Origin: Octopus vulgaris
Taxonomy: Eukaryota
Direction: 5' to 3'
Assembly (NCBI GenBank): GCA_951406725.2
Contig: OX597822.1
Coordinates: forward strand, 43,420,001 to 43,482,000
Length of the DNA: 62,000 bases
Shown here: in pieces, positions 10,572 to 24,164 of the stretch
How positions within the stretch are numbered: position 1 is the first letter of the stretch
Layout of the letters: each line of letters begins with the position of its first letter
The notes under the pieces: generated by a model
What the model was told of the DNA's origin: nothing
Seen by the model: only the letters and a program-made list of their open reading frames with translations
Databases searched by the model: none
Translations under genes and position numbers: made by a program

Positions 10572-12389
10572 ATGAATGAGGGAAACGAACGGCGCCCGCC
10601 GATCGCCAGCCTCTTTCACTATTTTCCGCTCAGCCGGCATCCGACCAAGCTCAAAGCTACACTTAAGCACACCGATAGTGCCAGGTCAGGGCGCCTTAAT
10701 CGGAAGCGGAATACATCTTCTGGGAGGGAGTTTATTACCTTGAAAAGATCCATATCTGAGTTGACCTCCACATCCACCTGCGGAAGCCATCCAGGATCTT
10801 TAATGCAGGTTATGTCTCCTCCCCTAGCAAACTTTTTAGTAAACTTTCCCACCGCCTCTTCCCTGTGGAAGAAGACCAAAAATTCTTCCTCCACATGGGT
10901 CGAGGCCATAACTTCCACCGTCGGTGTCACAAATTCCCACCGGCAGGTCTTCGGAACATTCCGGCAGTGTATTAACCGCCGGCACTGCCCCGTTTTTCTT
11001 CTTTTCTTCCCCTTTGCTACGAGAGGGTGTAGTTCATCCGCTTTAACCGGATGATCTTCCCTCCCGCAGTCTTGGGGTCCTTGGGTGGACAACCATTGTT
11101 GTCCACCTTTTTCCTTTTTTTCCCCTTTTTTTCGGGAAGGTATCCACTGCCTCCATCTCTCCCTCCGAAAGAGTCGGTGGAGGTTCTTCCATAACTAATT
11201 GTTCCAGGACCGTACCTTGGTCCTGGAGAGAGCTCTTTTTAATGTGGCCTGATTCCAGGCACAGGTGACACTTGGAGTGGGGGGCGTCCCCCAAGAATCA
11301 CCGGATACCTACAACCATTTTAAGAAAATCTGGAAACACCAGATTCTTGGCTGATTGGGTCCACAGGGTCAAAACAACTTTTGACCCCACCCAATCAGCC
11401 GCAGGCATAATTTTGACACTGAGGAGCTTGGCTCCGCAGGCACCCAGAGCCCGGCGGGTAGCGTCTTCTGTCCACTCGGGTTCTATACCGGGTGACAACC
11501 CGCAGACCCAAGCCTTTGTCAACTTCTTCCCACAATACGTGTAAAGAAACAATATATCTTCGCCCTCTAAGGGCTGACTTGCAAAATTGCGAGCTTCTCC
11601 ACGAGTGTCAAATAGCGACCACACCGTCGCATATTTGACACCCATGGAAATAAATTTTATAGTTGGTATGTATTCCGCCAACTCTCTCTATATATCAATC
11701 TTTTTGAAGTGGGTGATGGAGTACATCCGCAGCACCACCGTCCTCTCCTCAAGACTTTTTATGTCTGGGTAGGGCAATTTCTCACTCCAATACATTATCA
11801 GCTTTCTTTGCCATGTTTTTAAGTTCAAAAAAGTCAAACACAAGTTCAAAAAAGTTTGAAGAAAAAAGAAGACGGAAGAATGAAGGAAGACAATTCAAAA
11901 CACAGCAGAATTCAATAAAGCACAATTCCGGCCGACAGTACTCCTGGCTTAGGGTAATCCACTAGCAGGAACAGAACTCCATAAATTGGTACAATTGCAC
12001 GAATTTCACAACTTTTCGGTAAAATCCACAAATTTCACAATTTTTGGTACAATTCCACGAATTTCACAACTTTTTCTTAAAATCCACAAATTTCACAACT
12101 TTTGGTAAAATTCCACGAATTTCACAAATTCTTTTGGAGGTAAGACACGCCCCCAAAACAACAATTCTCACACAAAGTGAGTCACTTAGCGCGACTGCAA
12201 GCAGACAAATGTCCGCGACCCAGTGAGGATTTCTTATTTGCAAAAAGAAAAACAATATCAAATAACAAAACCCCGCTAAATCCACCCCGCAAAAGCCTAC
12301 CTTACAGTAGCGCCTTCAACGTTCTTCAATTCAAGAGCGCTGCGAAAGCAACGTCTTGAAAATACCAGTGTAGCAGTAACTGACTAACG
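10572..12389 (-). mobile_element. Non-LTR retrotransposon 5' portion (Tx1/L1-like ORF1 with zinc knuckle), no ORF2
   Basis: ATG in AAAAACATGG context at 11814. A broken frame continues through ORFs 11298..11681, 11043..11294 (CHLCLESGHIKKSS, a CCHC knuckle with the last C lost) and 10619..11092. Higher GC than the flanks. Clade assignment is inference. Confidence 0.6.
11987..12136. repeat. ~29-30 bp tandem repeat x5 in the putative 5' UTR
   Basis: Units GGTACAATTSCACGAATTTCACAACTTTT(C) and GGTAAAATCCACAAATTTCACAA(C/T)TTTT alternate. Confidence 0.9.
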
Positions 12390-12620
12390 CATGTGCAGTA
12401 AGTGAGCTACTTACCACACAGCCACTCTTGCTAGTATACTTATAGTTTTTCTCTATCGGTTTCTTTCTATCCCAAGCTTATCCTTGAATTGTGCGGTCTA
12501 TTTACTCCTTAGGCAGGTTTAGGGGTTTACAAGGTATCAAGATGTGTTACTACACTGGTGGGCTTGAGCAACTTAATTCAAGAAATCAGCTCTCCAACTT
12601 CTGTACACATAAGCGTTAGT

Positions 12621-12910
12621 GAAGGCGCGTGGCTTAGTTGTTAGAGCATTCGGTTCACGATCGTAAAGCCGTGAGTTCGATTCCCGGGGGTGCATTGTGT
12701 CCTTGGGCAAAACTCTTTATTGCTCCGGTCCACTCAATTGGTAAAATGAGCCTTGTCACATTCTGTGTCACTCTGAATCTCTTTGAGAACGGCGTTAAGG
12801 ATACGCATGTCTGTGGAATACTCAGTCACTTGCAGGTCAATTTCACGAATAGGTTATTCCATTTATCGAATCAACTAGAACCTTCGTCATCGTAACCGAC
12901 CGAGTGCCAC
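12621..12910 (+). mobile_element. tRNA-headed SINE family D
   Basis: GAAGGCGCGTGGCTTAG...GAGTTCGATTCCCGG head; tail GCCTTGTCAC...CGTAACCGAC shared with 21830-21992 and rc at 26565. Confidence 0.85.
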
Positions 12911-13017
12911 TTAGTTTTGCTATTTGACCGATAAGTGGGGCATTTCACAAGTTATAAAACCCCAGGATAAAAAAGACCCAACGTGAGTGATATCCAAATG
13001 ATTCAACTCCCTAGATG

Positions 13018-13430
13018 GAGGGCGGCGAGCTGGCAGAAACGTTAGCATGCAGGGTGAAATGGTTAGCGGTATTTCATGTCTTACGTTCTGAGTTCAAAGC
13101 CGTGGTCGGCTTTGCCTTTCATCCTTTCGGGGTCGATAAATTAAGTACTAGTTGTACACTGGGGTCGATGTAATCGACTTAATCCCTGTGTCTGTCTTTG
13201 ATTGTCCCCTCTATGCGCAATAAAGAAATAAGAATCGTTAGCACGCAGGGTGAAATGCTTAGCGGTATTTCGTATGTCTTACGTTCTGAGTTCAAATTCC
13301 GCCAAGGTCGACTTTGCCTTTCATCCTTTCAGGGTTGATAAATCAAGTGCCAGTTGCGTACTGTGGTCGATCTAATCGATTTGTTCCCCTTCCCCAAAAT
13401 TTCGGGCCTTGTGCCTAGCGTATAAAAAAC
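13018..13430 (+). mobile_element. SINE family A, tandem dimer
   Basis: Two consecutive family A bodies joined at AATAAAGAAATAAG|AATCGTTAG (13219-13241). Confidence 0.9.
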
Positions 13431-14116
13431 TCCCTAGATGGAACCATAACACCGAGTGCAGTTTCATAATTTACCCAGGACAACATTTCAGAAATGCGTT
13501 ATCTAAATGTATACTGAATAAAATTACGTTAAATCAACGTCGTTGATGTTGTTGACTGTATCTTTAAGAATCTGACTCTCCCTTCCTTATATCACTGTAA
13601 TGCTCTTCCTCCACTACATTCGTTCATGTCTGTCTGTCTGTATGTCTCTCTCTCTCACCCTGCCCCTCTATACCCCTCTCTCTATCTATCTGTCTGTGTC
13701 TGTGTGTGTGTCTGTATGTCTGTCTGTATCTCCATCTAGCTATGTATCTATCTGTGTGTCTGTCTCTCTCTCCCTCTTTCTCATCTCTCACTATTTGTCT
13801 CTCTCTCTCTCCATCTATCTATCTGTTTGTTTTTTCTTTCTGTCTGTTCAATACCCAGCCCCGCCACTCATTCTCTCTCTATGGGATTCAAGTATTGTTC
13901 TCCATTTCAGTTTTGCGTTCATATTCCTCATTATTTGATAAACTACCCTTATTCTTCTATTCTTCTATTCTTCTATTCTTCTAATCTTTTATTCTCATTA
14001 ACCACCCTACCACCAGTAGCCATTTCCCATCCACTTTTTCACAAACGTGCTTTCTCTACTCACCCCATTCTACATTCTGCTTCCACTTCCTTCCCTTTCT
14101 ACTTCCAGCATCGCAT

Positions 14117-14156
<40 letters not shown>

Positions 14157-14355
14157 GGACCCTGCAACAGTATTTTATTGTATCACTCGTGTACTATTAT
14201 CGCATTCCTCAATCTGTCTCCTTAAAAATACATACAACACACAAACACATGTATATACATTTGTACACACACACGGAATGTATGTGTATATATATATATA
14301 TATATGCCTGTATATAGGTATATATATATATATATATCTAAATAAATACGTATGA

Positions 14356-14458
<103 letters not shown>

Positions 14459-14627
14459 CCTATATATACAGGCACACGCATACACACATATATATATACA
14501 TATATATGCACATATATACATGTATATATATATATGTACATATATATTCACATATATATATGTATACCTATATATGCATATGTTTGTGAGTGTGTGTATA
14601 TATGTATATTATGTATATATCTCGCTC

Positions 14628-14678
<51 letters not shown>

Positions 14679-14849
14679 GTGTACACTGTCAACATTGCCT
14701 AAAGGAGATAACAATCTACGCTATCTGGGTGGAGTCGGTTGTGTGTAGATGTGAAAATCAATTAGATAATTATAGTGCTGCATAATGATTTTCTCATCAG
14801 GCAACCTTGTCACTATGAGTATGTGTTCGTGGTGCGTGTGTGTGTATGT

Positions 14850-14880
<31 letters not shown>

Positions 14881-15145
14881 CGTGTGCGTGCGTGCGTGCA
14901 GATGATAACGAGTATGTTTTTTTTCTTTTTTGCACTTTTTTTTATGTGTATGATTTATACGTCCGCATAAATATACAATCGCATACACATGTATATATTT
15001 CCATATATGTGTCCACGTGTGTGTTTGTGTGTGTATACATAACCTTCATACATGTATATACATGCATATATGTATATATATGTATATGCATATAGGTGTA
15101 TTTATATGTGTTTACTTACCTTTGTTTGTTGATATGCGTCTGTGA

Positions 15146-15199
<54 letters not shown>

Positions 15200-15319
15200 A
15201 CGTATGTATGTATGTATGTATGTAATGTATGACCATCCTGTATTGTTTGATGCCAAAGCTTTTACGATGGCGTTCATGAAACTGTTTTCGTTCATTTTGT
15301 TTTCATGGTTTAGTCTAAA

Positions 15320-15377
<58 letters not shown>

Positions 15378-15449
15378 ACATATGTACATATATGTACATG
15401 TAGGAAATATGGGCAGTCCGTGCGTCTGTCTGTCGATCTTTCAGTCCTA

Positions 15450-15582
<133 letters not shown>

Positions 15583-15842
15583 AATAGATATAGCTTGGAA
15601 GCTGTGTAGCTTGTCAGTAATCACTACATTTGTCGGCTTTAGTGTGTTTATACGTATATCCAGCCATCAATCCATCCATCCATCATCCACACGGCCATAC
15701 ATACATACATAGATACATACATATGTACGTACAACGAAGCCTACACGCACATATATATGTATATTAGACCTTCTGGCCGATAACTGAAAAGGGGTTGGCG
15801 ACCTGTAGTTTCTCTTCGCTTATGTATTTAGTATATACATAC

Positions 15843-15876
<34 letters not shown>

Positions 15877-15992
15877 TTGTGTTTGTGTGTGCGTGTGTGT
15901 GTTTGTGTGTGTGTGTGTGTAAACAGGCATGTCATATTTTACGTGCCGTGTCTTTATTTAATCCTGGAAAAAATATGTATACATGTATATAT

Positions 15993-16058
<66 letters not shown>

Positions 16059-16198
16059 GAATATATATACGCACACAGACAAATATACGTGTATATATGC
16101 AGATATATATGTATGAGACTCTACGGATCCATGTATCTGTTTGTCAATTCTATCTATCTATGTAATCTGTCTATCTATCTATCTATCTATGTAATCTG

Positions 16199-16241
<43 letters not shown>

Positions 16242-16244
16242 CAC

Positions 16245-16334
<90 letters not shown>

Positions 16335-16795
16335 TATAGATATATATCAAGACAATATCAATATGAATATAGCATAGTTTAATGTTTGCCAGTTTTAGGG
16401 GAAAGTGCTGAGGCTATGGCCTTCAGAACAGTTTCGCATTCACTAACGCTGATGTGTTTCATATGCTGCTGAATGTGATGTAAGCTATCGATATCAAAAA
16501 AGTTGCGTGGCCGAAGATTTCTCTAGAACTGCGAAGTGCAAGAAGAAATGGATAAGGAATTCAGCATTGCCCAGTATTCGTTATTTCTTGAAGTGATGAT
16601 GCGACTAGGGGCTGGAGTAAATCTTACTGCGAAGGGAAGAAACCATTGTTTTAAAAGTAGTAAAGATGCAGAAAAATGGCAGGAGAGAGTACGTCCGTTG
16701 GCTTGAGGTTGAGGAATTTCTGTGAAACAGTTTATGTTAAGTAGTAGACGGACTCGTCTCGAGAGACGGTTGAGTGTGGCATTAAAATATGTACG

Positions 16796-16829
<34 letters not shown>

Positions 16830-16869
16830 TGTATGTATGTATGTATGTATGTATGTATGTATGTATATA

Positions 16870-16914
<45 letters not shown>

Positions 16915-16954
16915 GCATAGATATATAACATATATATATGTATACATATATTTG

Positions 16955-16987
<33 letters not shown>

Positions 16988-17525
16988 CATATATAATATA
17001 TATACTGTGTTGAAACATATATATATGAACAGAACAGATATACATAGAGATTAAGATATTTCATAGAACAGATGCAACAATAGACAAATACAGAAGCTAC
17101 ACATATAATAGAAAATAAACCTAGCCTGAATAGAATATATAGCACACCACAACATATGACGATATGGATCCGAAACATAATAAATACACAGATAATTAAA
17201 GAAATAGAAATATATATATTAGAACAAAAGCAACAACAAAAACAAAATACAAATTAGAATGTATATAACAGAATACAAATATTACAGGCATCCCCCACAC
17301 ACACACTAAAAAACATAGACGCACATAGAGATATAAATGCAGAAAAGACATACAATAGAAATACAAAATGTGACGTTATAGGAGGACACAAGTAAGTAGA
17401 AAAACAGACATCACAGGAGTGTACTTTGCCGAAATAAGATTAAGATTAATAAAATAAATATCATAACAAATAACACAAATATATATTGTGTTTTTATTGG
17501 CTAACGCAATATGAATTCGAAATAT

Positions 17526-17610
<85 letters not shown>

Positions 17611-17933
17611 TCGTAGTAAGCGCATAAAATTTATGGAAAATGGACGGACAGATTGACAGATAGGCAGATGTCCCCCCCCAATTATGTATACAGATATACA
17701 TACATATGCACATATATACGTCTGCGCACATGTCGATACGTAGACAGATAGGAAAAATATAATTTGTATGTGAACACCATAAAAAAGAGAGCGTATGAAA
17801 TATTGAAATTAAAAATATCTAAAAAATATTAGTAAACAATATATAGTCGAACAAAAAATTGTATATAACACGCATGTACGCATATCATATATATATATAT
17901 ATATGTATGTGAATATATAAATATGTGAGTGTG

Positions 17934-17975
<42 letters not shown>

Positions 17976-18129
17976 TATGTATATATAGTATAAATATATA
18001 CATATACATATGTAGTTATATATGTATATATATATATATATATAGATAGATACACACATATGTATATATAGTATATATATACATATATGTATGTAGTTAT
18101 ATATGTATATATGTATATATGTATATAAG

Positions 18130-18225
<96 letters not shown>

Positions 18226-18412
18226 CACTTAATTTAACTACCTATAAAATTAATATGAAATCAATGAAAACGTAATTACTGTTCTTTTTCCTATAGCAGT
18301 TTACAAGTTTTATATTATAATACACAACCACGCATATAGACAGATGCATACGCTTACACAAGCACATATAAAGATATTTATCTAGATAAATACATATATA
18401 TACATATACACA

Positions 18413-18482
<70 letters not shown>

Positions 18483-18544
18483 ACACTTGATACATATATA
18501 TTTATACATACACATACACGTGTACATATGTATTTCCATGTATA

Positions 18545-18593
<49 letters not shown>

Positions 18594-19036
18594 AATATAA
18601 AAATGGAACAAAAACTGAATAGAGGGCATTAAAGCCTTATATATATACATATATATATGCATACGTATATACGGATATATATGCACACCCCTATATGCGT
18701 ATATAATAGTTATATGTGTATATGCATATACATATATTCATATATGTCAACATATATGTATGTATACATACATACATATGTATATATGTGTGTGATGTGT
18801 GTGTTTGTGTATAAACGCACGTATATGCATATACATGTACGCATACACAAGCGTATATATTTATGTATCTTTATATGTTATTTCAATAGGTATAAGTAAC
18901 ATCATTAAAAAAAGTTCCTTATATTATACACACGTTGTATGTATATATATATATATATGTGTGTGTGTATTTATATCTATACACATACATATACACACAT
19001 ACACACACATATATATATATATATATGCATATACAT

Positions 19037-19071
<35 letters not shown>

Positions 19072-19759
19072 CATACATCTGTAGAGAGATATAGATAGTT
19101 AAATACACACGAACACACACACACATCATAGGTACATACAAAAGTTTGATGTATATTACATTATGATACACAGTCGACTGTATTCTTTAGATATTTGCTA
19201 TATCACATGTCTGGCCTTTCGTTTTCCTAACATATTTAGTTACGCAAAAAACCTCACCAATACTAAAGGGTACCACTACTAAATAACCATAACCATTCCC
19301 CATACCCTGACCGCCCCCGTCTTCTCTAACCGAAATAATTTTTGTGTAAACATTTTCCGAAATCTTTAACGCTTTTCATACCAACCCACCGCAGAGCGCT
19401 TCTCTTTTATATTGTTCATATTTAAATTACAACTTTCCATTATAATTTTATGTAAGAACCTTTAGTTAAGTTGTATCCCAAACTCTAACCTAATATGCCA
19501 ATTAATAATTGAAAATTGTTTCTTGTTTTTTTTGCTATATCCGACAAAATTGTTAATTATTTTCAAAATTAATCGAAACACAGGCAGTTTATTTCATTAG
19601 AAATATGATGATAAAAGAGTTAATTGAAGCAGCACCATCGACTCCTACACCATACTGCATCTTTTTAATGTTATTATAAACGTTCATACATTTGTGAAGT
19701 AGTAATTGTGTGCCAGTAGTAACCAATTCTCTCGCCGCTCATCCGTTTTTTTCACTTAC

Positions 19760-20000
19760 GAGCGAAATACTGAGGACGCCATCTTGCCCATTGCTATACT
19801 ATGCACTGACTGCACTGCACCACTTTATGTTACACTGCACCAGATCGACTGCAGTATATTACATGCCAAATGCTAAGCTACTTTCTGGCCCACGATAGAG
19901 TCTCTACTTGGTCGTACGAAATGTTGAAATGGCAATCAAATCTTCTTTAAATCATACGGTTTTTTTAATAAAAAGCTCGTAGGGCGCTCTGGATTCATAC
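19760..20000 (-). other. Candidate exon (241 nt), possibly 5'-UTR plus start codon
   Basis: Acceptor TTTTATTTTTCATATTTCAG|G at 20001, donor CTC|GTAAGT at 19759. All three frames are closed. It ends with AAG ATG GCG TCC TCA GTA TTT CGC TC (MASSVFR, phase 2). Confidence 0.4.
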
Positions 20001-20504
20001 CTGAAATATGAAAAATAAAATGAAGGGCAGTCAGAGCTGTTAGGCATTGTACATAGCTGTTTTCGATCCGGCAACTAAACAGCGAAAACATCAACCGTAA
20101 CAACTATACCGGTAAGAAGAACACTAGTAATAACACTAACAACACTAACAACAATAACATCAGCAACACGGCCTGGTGAGAGGAGAGAGGACAAAGCCCT
20201 GCTTTTGAAGGGATTCCAAGATTTACCAGAGGAATAGAAAGCCTTGATATCCTGTATACGTAAAGGAAAACTTGCAACATAATGGACCCTGCTAAAAGCG
20301 CTCTAGAATCATGTGAGGCAATTTATTCGGGGCTAACTGAGTAGATCTTGGTAAAGATGCCCAGGGACTAAGTGAAGGGATAAACTGGGTAACAAAAGGG
20401 TGGATCCTGATGAAAACTAGATGAAAAAACCTGATCTGACCCTTCTAATGGCGCCCACAGCCCAGCTAGACCGGTAATGAAGGGGACGCTTTATAATTAC
20501 TTAC

Positions 20505-20548
20505 CATGGACATACAAACAAGGCTAATCTTGAAAAATACAATGTAAA
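20505..20548 (-). other. Candidate exon (44 nt)
   Basis: Acceptor AATTTTCTTTCAG|T at 20549 and donor ATG|GTAAGT at 20504; unique sequence ~500 bp from the previous candidate. Confidence 0.45.
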
Positions 20549-20811
20549 CTGAAAGAAAATTCGCAACTTCAAATAATTAGCTCGTAGTGAATTTTTCTCT
20601 TGTTGCGGGACCCCTTCTTAGGGACATAAGTTCGGCATACGCCTTTACGAAGCTCGCAAACTTTTTAATCTGACCTCAGCGGAATTTTCAGAAGAAATTC
20701 TGCCTGACCTGTTAAAAATTCTATCAGCTCACCGCCTTTATACCAACGTGGCGGAAATTCCCATTTATTATTTTTAGCGATATAGACAGACACCTAAGCT
20801 CACGGAACTTG

Positions 20812-20874
<63 letters not shown>

Positions 20875-20875
<1 letters not shown>

Positions 20876-21032
20876 GTTTCAAATTTTGGCACAAGGCCAG
20901 TAATTTCGGGTAGGGGATCCAAAAGGATGAAAGGCAATGTAGACCTCGGCGGGAATTGAGCTCAAAACATGAAGACGATCGAAATGCCACTAAGCATTTT
21001 GTTCGACGTGCTAACAATTCTGCCGCCTTGGT
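20875..21032 (-). mobile_element. SINE family A (alternative tail) ending in an (ATT)n array
   Basis: rc tail GGCCTTGTGCCAAAATTTGAAACC abuts (TAA)n at 20815-20875. Confidence 0.8.
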
Positions 21033-21054
21033 AAGAGTAATAATAATAATGATA

Positions 21055-21092
<38 letters not shown>

Positions 21093-21622
21093 AACAACAA
21101 CAACAACAACAGCAACAGCAAAAACAACATCAACAACAACACCAACAATAATAATAATAAAGGTTTACGAACACCCGAAATGAATGATTTGACCAATGTA
21201 TCCATTGGTTCATTAACCAACAATCATATTTATTCATTTTCAAAATATTTAATAATAAATTATATAAAAGATGGTGTGAATAACTCTGCATTTCATGACG
21301 GCCAGAAACATAGGTTGAAGTTCATTTCCGTTGTAATGAATTTTACCGTAAACATTTTTTGCTGACAGAAAATTTGCCATAAGAGATTTCATCATGTATT
21401 TTTAATGCTTGGCGTTGAATAAAGACTTGCTCATTTAACGCATTAATAAAACTATTTATCATTCTTTTGTGTTTAAAGAAATACCGGTATACATCGCTTT
21501 ATCGTTGTGCATAGGAAGAATTTGTCTTTTGGCTAGTTTTCTTATATGGCGAAATTTCCTACTGGGAATTTTCCGGACTAGAGTAATTCCTGTTTATGAA
21601 TTGAGTTTATATTCTTTTATTA

Positions 21623-21992
21623 TGGAGGCGCAATGGCCCAGTGGTTAGGGCAGCGGACACGCGGTCACAGGTTCGCGGTTTCGATTCCCAGACCGGGCGT
21701 TGTGAGTGTTTATTGAGCGAAAACATCTAAAAAGCTTCACGAGGCTCCGGCAGGGGATGGTGGTGATCCCTGCTGTACTCTTTCTCTCACTCTTACTTCC
21801 TGTTTCTGTTGTACCTGTATTTCAAGGGACCGGCCTTGTCACTCTCTGTGTCACGCTGAATATCCCCGAGAACTACGTTAAGGGTGCACGTGTCTGTGGA
21901 GTGCTCAGCCACTTACACGTTAATTTCACGAGCAGGCTGTTCCGTTGATTCGGATCAACCGGAACCCTCATCGTCGTAACCGACGGAGTGCT
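21623..21992 (+). mobile_element. tRNA-headed SINE family B with family-D tail
   Basis: GGAGGCGCAATGGCCCAGTGGTTAGGGCAGCGG...GGTTTCGATTCCC head; 3' ~160 bp matches 12750-12910. Confidence 0.85.
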
Positions 21993-22273
21993 TCCACATT
22001 CTTTTATTAATTTCGAAGTCGATAGAGTGTTAGATAGATTGTTGTACGTATTCGAGCTGTTTAATTCTGCAGTTGAAATCTCTTCGTTCTATACTTTCGG
22101 AGCCGATAAATAAAGAACCAGTTTTGGTGTGGTTGACTAATGCGATTCTTAGAGAGTCGACAGCGATGTCGTGCATTATCTGTTCTGTTCTTTACATCAT
22201 GTGTTCAAATATTAACCTCCTATCATCATATTCTTCGTTGTAAGTAACAACTTGCTAACTATGATGCGTCTCT

Positions 22274-22747
22274 GGCGAGCTGGCAGAAACGTTAGCACGC
22301 CGGGCGGCGTATTTCGTCTGCCGTTACGCCCTGAGTTAAAATTCCGCCGAGGTCGACTATGCCTTTCATCCTTTCGGGGTCGATTAAAGAAGTACAAGTT
22401 ACGCACTGGGGTCGATATAATCGACTTAGTCCGTTTGTCTGTCCTTGTTTGTCCTCTCTGTGTTTAGCCCCTTGTGGGTAGTAAAGAAATAGGTATTTCG
22501 TCTGCCGTTATGTTCTGAGTTCAAATTCCGCCGGGGTCGACTTTGCCTTTCATCCTTTCTGGGTCGATTAAATAAAGTACCAGTTATACACTGGGTCGAT
22601 ATAATCGACTTAATCTGTTTGTCTGTCCTTGTCTGTCCCCTCTGTGTTTAGCCCCTTCTGAGCAGTAAAGAAATAAGAAACGTTAGTATGCCGGGCGAAA
22701 TGCTTACCGGTATTTTGTCTGCCGTTACTTTCTGAATTCAAATTCCG
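22274..22747 (+). mobile_element. SINE family A, tandem trimer
   Basis: Three head-to-tail units; the second and third start inside the head. Confidence 0.9.
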
Positions 22748-22989
22748 TCTAGTGCAGAACATCGATTGCAAGAACATCTCTGAGATATCAATATCAAAAT
22801 GTAGCAGAATCTGCACTTAAAAAGAAGCTGGATAAACGCTAGGAGTGAAAAACAAACAAATCATTGTATTCAGCTATTGGACATTGGCCAAAGTGAGGCA
22901 CGGCCAAAAGTACTTTTGAATCAAGTCTATCGAATCTGACACTTTCTGTGGCACATAGTTTATCGCTTTACAATATTCTGGTGTTTTTC

Positions 22990-23395
22990 AAGGCAGCGAC
23001 CTGGCAGAATCGTTAGCACGACGGGCGAAGTGCTTAGCGGTATGTCGTCTGCCGTTACGTTCTGAGTTCAAATTCCGCCGAGGTCGACTTTGTCTTTCAT
23101 CCTTTCGGGGGTCGCTAAATTAGTACCAATTACGCGCTGGGGTCGATGTAATCGACTTAATCCCTTTACCTGTCCTTGTTTGTCCTCTCTATGTTTAGCC
23201 CCTTGTAGGCAATAAAGAAATAAGAATCATTAGCACGCCGAGAGAAATGCTGAGTGGAATTTCGTCTGTCTTTACGTTCTGAGTTCAAATTCCGCCGAGG
23301 CTGACTTTGCCTTTCATTTTTCGGGGTCGGTAAATTAGTACCAGGTCCATAATCGACTGTCCCTCTCCCGCAAAATTCCGTGCCTTGTGCCTAGA
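22990..23395 (+). mobile_element. SINE family A, tandem dimer
   Basis: Two units joined at AATAAAGAAATAAG|AATCATTAG (23211-23233). Confidence 0.9.
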
Positions 23396-23451
23396 GAATA
23401 TTCTGGTGTGTTGGTGGTCTTCTTGTTTTTGTTCTTGCTACTGTTACTGCG

Positions 23452-23752
23452 TGGAGGCACATGGCCTAGTGGTTAGAGCAGCGGACTCGCGGTCGAGGGA
23501 TCGCGGGTTCGAGTCGAGGACGGGGTGATGTGTGTATTTATGAGCGAAACACCGAAGCTCCACGCGGCTCCGGCAGAAGGTAATGGCGAAATTCTACTGA
23601 CTCTTTCGCCACAACTTTCTCTCACTCTTTCCTCCTGCATCTTGCAGCTCACCTGTGACGGATTGGCGTTCCGTCCAGGTGGAGAAGCTATACGCTAAGG
23701 AAACCGGGAAACCGGCCCTGATGAGCCAGGAATGGCTCGAGAAGAAACAAGC
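23452..23752 (+). mobile_element. SINE family B variant with a different tail
   Basis: Family B head and body; tail ...GAAACCGGGAAACCGGCCCTGATGAGCCAGGAATGGCTCGAGAAG. Confidence 0.8.
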
Positions 23753-24164
23753 AACAGCTGTTACTGCTGCCATTTTTGTTGTGGCTGTTGCTTTATTATT
23801 TATTGTTGTTGCTGTTGTGCAAAACACTTAATTTCATGTTACTCCAGTCCATGCAGTTGCGAAGGAAGAAATACCCACACGCGCAGACTTTCTGGCGTCC
23901 CGTCCAGGCTGGACATCGCGATCTCGATCGCTTATACATCACGGAAACCAGGTAACGGTGGTTATGAGTCATTGGACTCGAAACGGTTACATCCAGCGGT
24001 TGATGATGATGATGATTTGGATGATAGAGGTGTTGCTGTTGCTGTCCTTGTTCTTTGTTCAAATCACACCACTTTCCCCTTTACCGTCCATGAATTAAAC
24101 GTGATCTATCAAATAATACACCAGTAATAACCTGCGGTCAATTTAATCACGTCACAAAGCGGTG

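Noticed and set aside
12621-12695. tRNA-like sequences at SINE heads (also 21623, 23452, 40361)
   Set aside because: Box A/B-like motifs run straight into SINE bodies; no complete cloverleaf or terminator, so they are not called tRNA genes
14803-14820. 18-nt plus-strand micro-exon candidate (CATCAG|...|GTATGT)
   Set aside because: Isolated, with no other plus-strand exon support; expected by chance
23716-23750. CTGATGAG...stem, a possible hammerhead
   Set aside because: No GAAA after the stem and no stem III or cleavage triplet; lies in a SINE tail
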